DNA of 21,874 nt from Octopus sinensis (lineage: Eukaryota): positions 1 through 21,874 of the forward strand of contig NW_021823602.1 in the NCBI RefSeq assembly GCF_006345805.1, written 5' to 3'. The notes beneath the pieces were generated by a model that saw only the letters and a list, made by a program, of their open reading frames with translations, was not told where the DNA came from and made no database searches. Both the position numbers and the translations under genes were made by a program. Positions 1-10,394 of the stretch are shown here, in pieces (the stretch's first letter is position 1; each line of letters begins with the position of its first letter).

Positions 1-748
1 GCCAGTATTCTCCGATGGATGTGTAATGTTCGTGTTCATACTCGACAGTGTAAGTACCTTGAGAGAAAAGTTGGACCTAAGAAGCATCAGTTGTGGTGTG
101 CAAGAGAGACGTTTGCGCTGGTATGGTCATGTGGCAAGAATGGATGAAGATAGTTGTGTGAAAAAGTGCCACACCCTAGCAGTTGAGGTAACCTGTGGAA
201 GAGGTAGACCCAGGAAAACCTGGGATGAGGTGGTGAAGCATGACCTTTGAACTTTAGGTCTCACCGAGGAAATGACTAGAGGCCGAGACCTATGGAAGTA
301 TGCTGTGCGTGAGAAGATCCGGCAGGACAAGTGAGACCAAAACCCGTGGCTTCTACCTGGGATGTAGCCAGTCCATTTATGCATATCTTTCCTTCTTGGG
401 ACACAAAACTCTACTTGTGAAGACCTGTTGGAGGCAAGTGAGAATCAAAATCGAAATCGATCAACATCAATGTAGATTGTTGCTGTGATACCAGTGCCAG
501 TGGCACGTAAGCAAACCATCTGAACGTGGCCGTTGCCAGACTCGCCTGGCCCCCATGCCGGTGGCACGTAAAAAGCACCCACTACACTCACGGAGTGGTT
601 GGGGTTAGGAACGGCATCTAGCCGTAGAAACATTGCCAGATCAGACTGGGCCTGGTGCAGCCTTCTGGCTTTCCAGACCCCAGTTGAACCATCCAACCCA
701 TGCTAGCATGGAAAGCAGATGCTAAATGATGATGATGATGATGATGAT

Positions 749-750
<2 letters not shown>
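1..750 (+). mobile_element. 3' end of an RTE-clade LINE: C-terminal ORF remnant, 3' UTR and (GAT)n tail; cut by the window edge
   Basis: ORF 26-250 reads RLRWYGHVARMDEDSCVKK...GRGRPRKTWDEVVKHDL, the typical RTE/BovB C-terminal pattern (LRW.GHV.RM...R.RGRP...W). It runs into a 3' sequence repeated elsewhere in the window and ends in (GAT)n at about 727-750. Confidence 0.85.
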
Positions 751-780
<30 letters not shown>

Positions 781-783
<3 letters not shown>

Positions 784-962
784 TCATCGTTTAATGTTCG
801 CTTTCCATGCTAGCATGGGTTGGACGGTTTGACCGGGGTCTAGGAATCCAGGAGACTGCGCCAGGCTCCAGTTTTATCTGCCAGTGTTTCTACGGCTGGA
901 TGCCCTTCATAACACCAACCACTCCATGAGTGTAGTGGATGCTTTTTACGTGCCACCGGCAC
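781..962 (-). mobile_element. 5'-truncated copy of the same RTE 3' end (or an RTE-tailed SINE), inverted relative to 556-750
   Basis: Reverse complement aligns to 556-735, e.g. CCATGCTAGCATGG, AAAAAGCA(C/T)CCACTACACTCA and the (TCA)n tail. Confidence 0.85.
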
Positions 963-974
963 AAATAATATTAT

Positions 975-1248
975 TAAGTAGTATAACTCCAAACTTACAG
1001 GGAAAAATTCAATTTAGTAGTAAATCAAATTTCACAATATAAATATATAATATATATAAATTAGAGGAAAACCACTATTATGTAATTCAAACAATGATAG
1101 ACATAAAACATATCATATAAAAAAATAAAATATATGATAAAGCATATATCTAATGTTTTATCATATATTATATTTCTTCTATATGATATGTTTTATGTCT
1201 ATCATTGTTTAAATTACATAATAGTGGTTTTCCTCTAATTTATATATA
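975..1248. repeat. Fold-back palindrome (arms about 95 bp, 1051-1248) preceded by the motif CCAAACTTACAGGGAAAAA; probable Penelope-like terminal remnant
   Basis: AAATTAGAGGAAAACCACTATTATGTAATTCAAACAATGATAGACATAAAACATATCATATA is matched by its near-perfect reverse complement at about 1180-1241. A related structure lies at 7060-7300. The Penelope assignment is inferred from the adjacent hammerhead-like motif. Confidence 0.6.
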
Positions 1249-1363
1249 TATATACATATATGTATATCTAATTCAAATGAATATGGTACTTAAGTTAGAT
1301 GGTGTTATCCATATAAATCCATGGGGTGATTATAATCAAAATAAGCAACAAGAATAACTTCGG

Positions 1364-1455
1364 TAATTTGGTACAATCGTTTCATGCTACATCATTTTAT
1401 TAAATGTTGTAAGTATTACAACAGTTTTAAAATGTTGAGCAATCATCAGCCATTA
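1364..1455 (-). ncRNA. Type I hammerhead ribozyme-like motif (Penelope pLTR type), possibly decayed
   Basis: Minus strand: UAAUGG-CUGAUGA (1449-1443), long stem II with inner hairpin UGUUGUAA/UUACAACA, GAAAC (1383-1379), GAUU, GUA (1374-1372), CCAAAUUA. Core order and a stem I partner are present, but the first stem II pair is U-U. Confidence 0.6.
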
Positions 1456-1690
1456 ATAGAGGTTTTCCATTAATACATGATTTTCATATCAATTGATAAC
1501 ATTATAGAGAAAGTAGATATATAGACAAAGATGTCGATTTAAATTTTAAGAACATTAAGGTTGTAGAGTTTATCAACTGGCTGAAGAATATTCAGAATAT
1601 TCAGTTGTTTTGAACTGTTAGAAGTTTTGTGAAGAATGATCAATTGAAAGGAGACAAGAAAGAATTTCTATTTATAGAAATAGGGGTGAA

Positions 1691-1691
<1 letters not shown>

Positions 1692-1756
<65 letters not shown>
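1692..1756. repeat. (TA)n microsatellite
   Basis: Direct reading; source of the spurious YI-repeat ORFs 1629-1832 and 1640-1825. Confidence 0.95.
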
Positions 1757-1759
<3 letters not shown>

Positions 1760-2079
1760 AGAATTAAGGAATGGAGTCAGTAAGAACCTTGGAGGTTCCA
1801 GTAACCCAGATTTTATTGTTTCCATTCCTTAACCCTTGTATCTTTATTTGCATACCCGACAACCCTGGTCGCCTACTGTGAAATATAAAAAAGATCTATT
1901 TTCAGTTTATTATACTTCAATACGAAAAATCCACAACCTTCCTTCTCAATAAATCACTATTGACCCTGAAAGTTGTTTTTTTATATTTACTACGGATTGT
2001 TTGAAGCTAACTTCCTTATATCTCGATTCATGGATCTTATATATACATATGTAGGATTTGATGTAACCAGTATGGAGAT

Positions 2080-2494
2080 ACTCTTTTACTCTTTTTTACT
2101 CTCTTTACTTGTTTCAGTCATTTGACTGCGGCCATGCTGGAGCACCGCCTTTAGTCGAGCAAATCAACCCCGGGACTTATTCTTTGTAAGCCCAGTACTT
2201 ATTCTATCGGTCTCTTTTGCCGAACTGCTAAGTTACGGGGACGTAAACACACCAGCATCGGTTGTCAAGCAAATGCTAGGGGAACAAACACAGACACACA
2301 AACATATTCACACACACTTATATTACATATATACGACAGGCTTCTTTCAGTTTCCGTCTACCAAATCCACTCACAAGGCATTGGTCGGCCCGGGGCTATA
2401 GCAGAAGACACGTGCCCAAGATGCCACGCAGTGGGACTGAACCCGGAACCATGTGGTTGGCAAGCAAGCTACTTACCAAACAGCCACTCCTGCG
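2080..2494 (-). mobile_element. Full-length tRNA-derived SINE (family A; CORE-like centre, CR1-like 3' tail)
   Basis: Minus-strand head has A-box TGGCTGTTTGG and B-box GGTTCAGTCCC, followed by ...TTGGGCACGTGTCTTC..., an internal (TG)/(TA) tract, the 3' motif GGCGGTGCTCCAGCATGGCCGCAGTCAAATGACTGAAAC and a TAAAAGAG-type tail. Homologous to 13158-13560. Confidence 0.9.
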
Positions 2495-2779
2495 ATAGGA
2501 GCTAGTAATAATTTCTTGCTTTGGTGACATGAGTATAAGCAGGTTTTTATAACAGACATTGTGTCTCCAAGCAATTTTCAGGCTCTGAGCACATGGTCTA
2601 TTTAATTTGCAAATCAGGATGTTGTTGCAAGAGAAATAACAAAAAATGACATGCAATATATGGAAAGGGGAATTCTTGCATCTAACTTCTTGTTTTCTCA
2701 TGTACCAGCATCCCAATTTGCAAATTGAAAATTTATTTGACATGATTCATCGAAAAAACTGAAAGCATCATCAAGTGCA

Positions 2780-3485
2780 TGCACTGCAAGGCTTTCTTCT
2801 ATGAGAACCCATCCACCAACAAGTTTGGCTTCACCCCCTATGAAGGACCTCAAAACTTTCAAAATGGACACTTGGAACATTATAAAGAAGGTAAGATTTC
2901 AGCATCATTCTAACCCCTTCCTTAAGTCTTTAAATGACTACATGGCCAGAATTAAACAATCACCTCACCTGCAAATCCTCACAGACTAATCAAAGAACAC
3001 TCATGAAACAAACATCCCTATACATGCAAGAGTCCTCACAAACACCATCACCAAGACATACAAAAACCCCACAACTCCACATTCAATGACATAAACACAG
3101 AAGCAAAAGAGCTAGCTATCTGCCTTAATATAGCAGATTGCATGGTCCACCTTGCCACGTTAAAATTAAGGACCATAAGCCCAACTTCCTCTCCAATCCC
3201 AAATGCAGGCTGATCAACCCCTCCAAAAGTGAGATAGGTTTTATTAGCAAGTGTATTCTTGATACCATCAACTCTTACATCAGAAGGGCTACAAGACTGC
3301 CTCAGTGGGATTCCAGTGTAGCTGTGATCATCTAGTTCTGCGGTATTGAGAATAAATCATCTTACAGATTCACACGGTTTGGCATTGCTGATTTCTACTC
3401 TTCCATATCAAAACCTCTCCTCCTGAAGGCTTGAAATTTTGCTGAGCAATTCACCAGCCTAAGTGACCTCGATGTCAGAATCATT
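2780..3485 (+). pseudogene. Degenerate Penelope-like element reverse transcriptase, N-terminal part
   Basis: Fragments across frames: PPMKDLKTFKMDTWNIIKKVRF; KDHKPNFLSNPKCRLINPSKSEIGFISKCILDTINSYIR...QWDSSVAVII*F..IENK...RFGIADFYSSISKPLL. These match the PLE RT pattern KDHK.NF...P.CRLINP.KSE.G..SK.ILD.IN...QW...FDI.DFY.SI. Multiple stops and frameshifts. Confidence 0.8.
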
Positions 3486-3506
3486 ATATATTTATATAAA
3501 TAAGTG

Positions 3507-3930
3507 TCAATGGAAATAATAGTTGTGATACCTGTGCCGGTGGCACATAAAAAGCACCATCCGAACGTGGCCGATGCCAGTGCCACCTCGACTGGCTTCT
3601 GTGCCGGTGGCACATAAAAAGCACCATCCGAACATGGCCGATGCCAGCGCTGCCTTGACTGGCTTCCGTGCCGGTGGCACGTTAAAAGCACCAACCAATC
3701 GGAGCCGCTGCCAGACTCCCCTGGCACCTGTGCCAGTGGCACGTAAAAGCACCCACTACACTCATGGAGTGGTTGGCGTTAGGAAGGGCATCCAGCTGTA
3801 GAAACACTGCCAGATCAGACTGGAGCCTGGTGCAGCCTCCTGGCTTCCCAGACCCCGGTCGAACCATCCAACCCGTGCTAGCGCGGAAAACAGACGTTAA
3901 ATGATGATGATGATGATGATGATGATGATG
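3507..3930 (+). mobile_element. 5'-truncated RTE 3'-UTR copy with four internal palindrome-headed subrepeats and an (ATG)n tail
   Basis: Homologous to 467-750. GTGCC(G/A)GTGGCAC units start at 3534, 3601, 3668 and 3730. Tail (ATG)n at 3901-3930. Sits where the PLE RT relic ends. Confidence 0.85.
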
Positions 3931-4684
3931 TATGTATTTCCCTTTGGAGTGAATACTCCTCAATATACAGAACAATATATATCCAATACATACCTCTTAC
4001 CTTTTTATCTTTGCACTCACCAGAATGTATCTTCATTCCATCCACAACGCTAGATCTGCTAGCAACCAGTTTCATTTTCCCTCAATATGGTGTACTGCAT
4101 AACAATTCTTTCCATCTTCTCACTTCTTCTATGTACTACCTAACCACTCTTTCTGATCATAGATTTACCTAAACAAGACCTGAACGAACTAGATTTAATT
4201 GGATACTCCTACCTTCCTGAACATAATGAACCACAATGAATATCATTGATGAGGAGCAATCTTTCCACAGTCTAACCTATATTTCTCTGATGCCAGAATA
4301 TTGGGCTTATAGAGTCTTTGCTTGATATGAAGCTCCAATAGCTGGGATATCCCTGAAACAGCTGTCAGAGACTATCTTTACCATTTTGTACTATTTTTAC
4401 CATTCGTTTTGTAGCTAAATTTTTAGATTGAATTAAATAAAATCACTTGTCCTTGTCCTGCTTTGACTAATTGTTTGCCTTTCCTCATTACTTTCATCTA
4501 TACCTACTGACTTAAAGGGGATCCACCATTAGCTATATCTGAACAAGATATTCACACAACCACAACTTCAACCTCTGTTCTAACTAGAATTTAGGTGGCA
4601 TGTCTCTTTGAGCCTCAGCAGGCATACCTAATAGGCTGAGACAGCTTGACCTAAACTCCTCATGCCTTCTATATATATATACAT

Positions 4685-4704
4685 AGGTGTAGAAGTGGCT
4701 GTGT

Positions 4705-4784
<80 letters not shown>

Positions 4785-4992
4785 TCTATGTTTGTCCCCC
4801 ACCCCCACCCCAACATCGCTTGACAACCGATGCCAGTGTGTTTATGTCCCCGTAACTTAGTGGTTCAGCAAAAGAGACAGATAGAATAAGTATTAGGCTT
4901 CCAAAGAATAAGTCCTGGGGTCGATTCGCTCGACTGAAGGTGGTGCTCCAACATGACCAAAGTCGAATAACTGAAATAGGTAAATGAGTAAA
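4685..4992 (+). mobile_element. Family A SINE with most of the head/CORE region deleted and an expanded (TA)n(TG)n tract
   Basis: GGTGTAGAAGTGGCTGTGTG head start jumps directly to the microsatellite, then continues with the 3' half matching 13365-13560. Confidence 0.85.
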
Positions 4993-4999
4993 GAGTGTG

Positions 5000-5095
5000 T
5001 AAGCATATATATGTATGTATATGTGTATACATGTCTATATATATATATGTATGTATATGTGTATACATGTCTCTCTCTCTCTCTCTCTCTCATAT

Positions 5096-5126
<31 letters not shown>

Positions 5127-5150
5127 AACATAGATATAGATATGAGTTGG
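5000..5150. repeat. Compound (TA)/(TG)/(CT) microsatellite with a duplicated ATATATGTATGTATATGTGTATACATGTCT unit
   Basis: Direct reading. Confidence 0.85.
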
Positions 5151-5847
5151 ATAAATATATGCATGCACAGTAATATTTAACATGTTTATGTGCTCTCAAA
5201 TTTGAAAAGACCTTTCACTGCAGAGATAGTCTTGGAAGAAATTTTGTCTTTCAGACAACATGTGTAAAAGTACATTGAGCCACGACTGATGTCATCAGCT
5301 CATGGGAAGCCTGTGTTTCTGCATTGTTACATGTGAGAAGCCACAAATGCCAAATTTCCTATTCACTGCTCTAACAGAAAGACAATTCTGATATATAAGA
5401 AGAACAAACAGTTAATTTAATAATGTGCATAAAGCTTGGTCAAGCTGGGAATAATTAAATGAAGTCACACAAAGCAGCATGTAAGACACATAAGAATATA
5501 GAAACACATGCCTCCCATGCTCCAATGACGTCATTCATAGCCAAATGTGTTTTCATTTATGTTATCTAAGAGTTAAAATTTCTTCCCAAACTATTTATAC
5601 ATTGAAAATTATTCCCTCTTTTGAGTGTACCCAAATATGTCAAATATCATTGTATATGCATACATGACATAAAGATTAATTCTTGATTTATTGAGATTAT
5701 CTCTGATTTCAGAGAGGGTGTATGTATGTATGTATGTATGTATATGTGTGTGTGTGTGCGTGTATATTTGCATATGTATATATATGTATATAGCTACCTT
5801 TCTATCTATCTATCTAGCTAGGTATCTATGTATATATATATATCAGA

Positions 5848-6215
5848 GAGTATGATTGTGAATGAATTACGGTTATAACAGAGAGGGTTATAAAAGCCCA
5901 TACATGTCTAGAAATAGCGGTCAAAATCACTATAAAGCCACTATAACCATTCATATATCTCCTCAACAATAAAAGCTGTCAGTGAGTGACATGACAAAAA
6001 TTCAGAATTTAAATAAAAAGAAAAGGTTAGTCCTCTATTGCAATTTCGAAGTTAGGAACCAAAAGTAGATCCATAAAGTGGATCTATTCATCTCTTCAGG
6101 GGAACGTTCCTGTACATAGAAATCAACCCCAAAAAGCATACTTTGGGGCTTAACATTTGTCCCGACCAGCAAGAGTAATGTGTTAGTGTCTATCTACACA
6201 ATTCAAATTCTGAAT
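5848..6215 (-). mobile_element. Truncated copy of a MITE-like family, inverted relative to 6341-6884
   Basis: Reverse complement aligns to about 6470-6815 (ACATGTCTAGAAATAGC, ATATCTCCTCAACAATAAAAGCTGT, GTTAGGAACCAAAAGT, GGGGCTTAACAT.TGTCCCGACCAGCA). Confidence 0.75.
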
Positions 6216-6340
6216 CCAAATGTCATACACAGCGCTTATAAGAAGAGACCAGTTCAACAAGCCACAGCGAAAAACTGGATATGAGTGAACAATAAATAAA
6301 AGAGGAATAAATGTAAGAATATATTACGCAGGATATATCG

Positions 6341-6884
6341 TAAGTAGTTTAAAATTATTTACGAATATATCAATGGCCAAAACATTGCAATCAATGAAGT
6401 TTTTCACAAAAGAAGAGTGTATAATTGTGAATAAATCACAATTATAATGGGGAGGGTTTGAATTAAGAATTTTTAATTGTGTAGATAGACTTTAACACAT
6501 ATATGCTGGTCGGGACACATGTTAAGCCCCAGGCTTTGTTTTTTGTGTTAATTTCTATAAACAAGAACGTTCGCCTAACAAGAAGAATGGATCCACTTTT
6601 GGTTCCTAACTTTGAAATTACAACAGAGAGCTAACCTTATATTTTGATTTAAGTTTTGATATTTTATGTTATGGCATTCGCCAACAGCTTTTATTGTTGA
6701 GGAGATATAATACAAGTGGTTATTTTGGCTTTATGATGGTTTTCACTGCTATTTCTAGACATGTAAGGGTTATTATAACCCGCTCTATTATAATTGTGAT
6801 TTATTCACAATTATACACTCTTCTTTTATGAAAAAAATGTTTTCATTGCATGTTCTGGCCACGTAAATAATTTTGAATTGCTTA
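6341..6884. mobile_element. MITE-like non-autonomous DNA element with about 100-bp imperfect terminal inverted repeats
   Basis: Left arm TAAG..TT.AAAATTATTTACG...TGGCCA...AAAAGAAGAGTGTATAATTGTGAATAAATCACAATTATAAT (6341-6448) pairs with about 6787-6884. No coding capacity. TSD not identified. Confidence 0.7.
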
Positions 6885-6885
6885 T

Positions 6886-7029
6886 AGCAGGCTTCTTTCA
6901 GTTTCTGTCTAACAAATCTACCCACAAGGCTTTGGTCTGCCTGAGGCTATAGTAGAAGACACTGGGACTGAACCCATGACCATGTGGTTGGTAAGCAAGC
7001 TACTTACCACACAGCCACTTCTGTGCCTA
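6886..7029 (-). mobile_element. Family A SINE, 5' half only, with a short internal deletion
   Basis: Matches 2335-2494; A-box TGGCTGTGTGG and B-box GGTTCAGTCCC on the minus strand. Confidence 0.85.
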
Positions 7030-7059
7030 CCTATATATATATATATATATATAATAATA

Positions 7060-7300
7060 AATATTAGGGAATAAATCCAAATTTACAGGGAAAAAATCAG
7101 ATTTAGAATTAAATCCAATTTTATAGTAAAATATTATATAATATTAATTCGAGACAAAACCACTATTTTGCAAATCAAACAAGGAAAGACTTAATCAATA
7201 CATAAAAATTTTAATATAAAGTAATTAAATAAATAAATAAATTTTTATGTATTGTTTGATTTGCAAAATAGTGGTTTTGTCTCGAATTAATATTATATAT
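7060..7300. repeat. Second fold-back palindrome (7136-7300) preceded by CCAAATTTACAGGGAAAAAA; related to 975-1248
   Basis: ATAATATTAATTCGAGACAAAACCACTATTTTGCAAATCAAACAA pairs with about 7252-7296. Shares the AAAACCACTATT core and the upstream motif with the first copy. Confidence 0.7.
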
Positions 7301-7350
7301 ATCATCATCGTCGTTTAACGTCCGTTCTCCATGCTAGCATGGGTTGGACT
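7301..7350 (-). mobile_element. Very short RTE 3'-tail fragment
   Basis: TCATCATCGTCGTTTAACGTCCGTTCTCCATGCTAGCATGGGTTGGAC matches 781-825. Confidence 0.8.
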
Positions 7351-7979
7351 GATATATATATATATATATAATAACGATATGTCTCAGCTCTATGCAGCTT
7401 CAGGCTTCATAGGCTGATAGACCAACCTATCTCATCAGGTATCTAGAGAAGAATTGCATAACAGATGTAATAAATGATATATGTAATTCCTATCAAAAGT
7501 TCTGAGTACCACTTTCTTTCGTAATGTCCCTCAGTATATTACTGGTTATGGCATAAAACTGGTAGGAATGTTACTATCAGTTTGTTTATGTATGTATCTG
7601 CTCTTGTTTTGTTTTTTGTGTGTGTTGTTTTCTCAATTAAGACTGACATATCATAAAACAGCCATAGTAACAGCTACTACCTATTCAGTTTATTTAGTTA
7701 CAAACTTTTAGCGATTTTTTTTTTCCTGCTTCATTATATTGTTTAATGTAAACATTCTGTCCAATAAAGTGGGTAAGTATAAATCTATAGTATGATGTTG
7801 TCATCACAGAGTGGGTTGTGTGTATGTGCATGTGTGAGAGAGAGATGGACAGAGAGGGGAGGACGGGAGATTGTAATTGAGTTTCAAGTGAATCATAGCA
7901 AGAAATTTCATTAGCTAAAAATGTTGATTTCACTTATGGCTTTCAAGTGCATGGCTTGTACAAGCGATGCCAATAGAGA

Positions 7980-8046
7980 TCCTATAATATATCTATATAT
8001 ACTATATTATATAATCTATATATATATACATATGTATGTATGCATA

Positions 8047-8094
<48 letters not shown>

Positions 8095-8468
8095 GCCATA
8101 TATTATATATATATGTATGTATGTATGCCCATAGTATATATATATGCATGTATGTATGCATATATATATATATATGCATGTATGTATGCATATATCTATA
8201 TATATATGCATGTATGTATGCATATATATATATATATGCATGTATGTAGTGCATATAATATATATATGCATGTATGTATGCATATATATATTATATGGCA
8301 TATATGTATGCATATAGCATATATCTATGTATATATAATATATATATATGATGTATGTATGCATATATATATATATAGGCATATATATATATATATATAT
8401 ATGCTATATATATATATATGCATATATATATATATATATCTGCATATATAGATATATATATGCATATA

Positions 8469-8505
<37 letters not shown>

Positions 8506-8995
8506 TATATATATATATATATGCCATATAATATATCTATATATGCATATATATATATATATATAATGCAATGCATATATATATATATATGCATATCTAT
8601 ATATTATATGCATTATATATATATGCATATTATATAATATATATATGCTATTATATATATATATATATGCATATCTATAATAATATATATATATATATAT
8701 ATGCATATATATATATATATGCATATATATATATATATATGCATATAATAATGCATATATATATATATATATGCATATATATATATATATGATATTAATC
8801 ATATATATATATGCATTATATATATATATAGTGCATATATATATATAATATGCATTATATATATATATGCATATATATATATATATATATGCTATATATA
8901 TATATATGCATATCTTATATATATATGATATATTATATATGGCAATATATCTATATATATATATATGATATATATATATATATATATATATATGC

Positions 8996-9026
<31 letters not shown>

Positions 9027-9205
9027 CATATATATTAGTATGTATGGATATGTATGTATATATATATATATATATGTATGCATATATATATATACATGTA
9101 TGCATATATATATATATATATGTATGTATGTTAATATATATATATATATTATATATATATATATATATATACATATGTATGCTTGTATATATAATTGTAT
9201 ACAGA
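7980..9205. repeat. About 1.2-kb complex (TA)n microsatellite punctuated by GC and GTAT units
   Basis: Direct reading; explains all the YI/MH-repeat ORFs between 7921 and 9336. Confidence 0.95.
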
Positions 9206-9839
9206 GAGAATGACACATGTGTGCACACACATAAAACAAGCTGAGTCAAGGTTTTTTTTTTCTGATTTTCACTGATGGTTTTTGGCAACTTGTATCTGCA
9301 TGTTATATCATTAATTTGATATAGCTTGTTGTCCAATAGTTGCTGAATTGTTTATTCTTTATTTTGTGGCTTTGATAATGTGTAGTGAGAAAACTGCATT
9401 TAGAATAATTTTGCGCAACTTGTGGGGAAAATGGACTGAGTCTTGAGCAGTGCCAAAATAAATTAATAATGAGGAAGGCCAAGAGCTGTCAATGAAAGTG
9501 TGGCACAAAACTTGTTTAGACTTTTCAGGTACATGACACCAACCTCAAAGACAAACCAAGGTCAGAGTGACCTGCAATTGTCTTCTTCTTCTTCCAATCA
9601 GGACTCATGCCATTAGGCACAAAGAATAATCTCTAATTCGAGTCTACTCTAAGCTACTAAGAATGCATGTGGCAACTTGAAGATCCACCAACCACATGCG
9701 ATAGACTGGCGGTTGCATGGGGGCAAAAGCTTTTAATGGGTGGAGAGCTGAACCATCCTGGGAGTACAAAGGATTCACAATCTAGGGTCTGAAAGTTTAC
9801 CACACCATAGTGGGTTACACCATGGTTCCTCTGCTTTGC

Positions 9840-10035
9840 GGCAGAAGTAGGATGAAAGAGTGAGAGAAAATTGTGGTAAAAGAGTACAGTGGGGTTAACC
9901 CCACCCCCACCGGATCCTCGTTGAGCTTAGGTGTTTTTGCCCAATAAACACTCACAATGCCCAGTCTGGGAATCGAAACCGCGTTCTTATGACCACGAGT
10001 CCGCTGCCCTAACAACTGGGCCATTGCGCTTCCAC
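9840..10035 (-). mobile_element. tRNA-derived SINE (family B) head and body; 3' continuation differs from the 11534 copy
   Basis: Minus strand GGAAGCGCAATGGCCCAGTTGTTAGGGCAGCGGACTCGTGG...GGTTTCGATTCCCAGAC aligns to 11534-11720. Confidence 0.8.
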
Positions 10036-10394
10036 TACCTGCTGTTGTGGAAGGTGAGGCCTTTCTTGAAATGTCTGAACAACAGCCAAGCACATGTAAT
10101 TGTACATTGTTGGCAGATCTTGGTCCTTCACAAAGTACCATCAATCAACACCTCCATAAGCTTGGCCTTGTGAACAAATACTGTTGAACCGACCAATGCT
10201 TAGGCTCAACAACATGCGAATATTTGCAAACAACTACTGCCTAATCCTAAAGATGTTTGAGTTTGGCATTGAATTAAAACTGAGGATGAAAGTAAATCTA
10301 TTTTTGTAAACCTAATATGAGAAATCAGTGGCTTCATTCTAGCCAGATTTCAGAACCTGTTATCAAACAGGAATGGTTTGAACAGAAGATCATG

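Noticed and set aside
3534-3755. CRISPR-like palindromic repeats at ~65-bp spacing
   Set aside because: The intervening sequences are near-identical tandem units within an RTE 3' UTR.
7378-7445. Hammerhead-like CUGAUGA plus an 8-bp hairpin on the minus strand
   Set aside because: It is followed by GAAG rather than GAAA, with no NUH triplet or matching stem I; at most a decayed relic. A similar look-alike at about 5245-5305 fails stem II pairing.
7921-9336. Long ORFs of up to 310 aa rich in Y, I, M, H and C
   Set aside because: They are translations of a (TA)n/(TATG)n microsatellite, open in several frames on both strands. The same applies to ORFs at 1629-1832, 4584-5183 and 14595-14953.
9400-9520. 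NLWGK motif reminiscent of Polinton-type family B DNA polymerase
   Set aside because: A single short motif followed by stops, with no flanking support.
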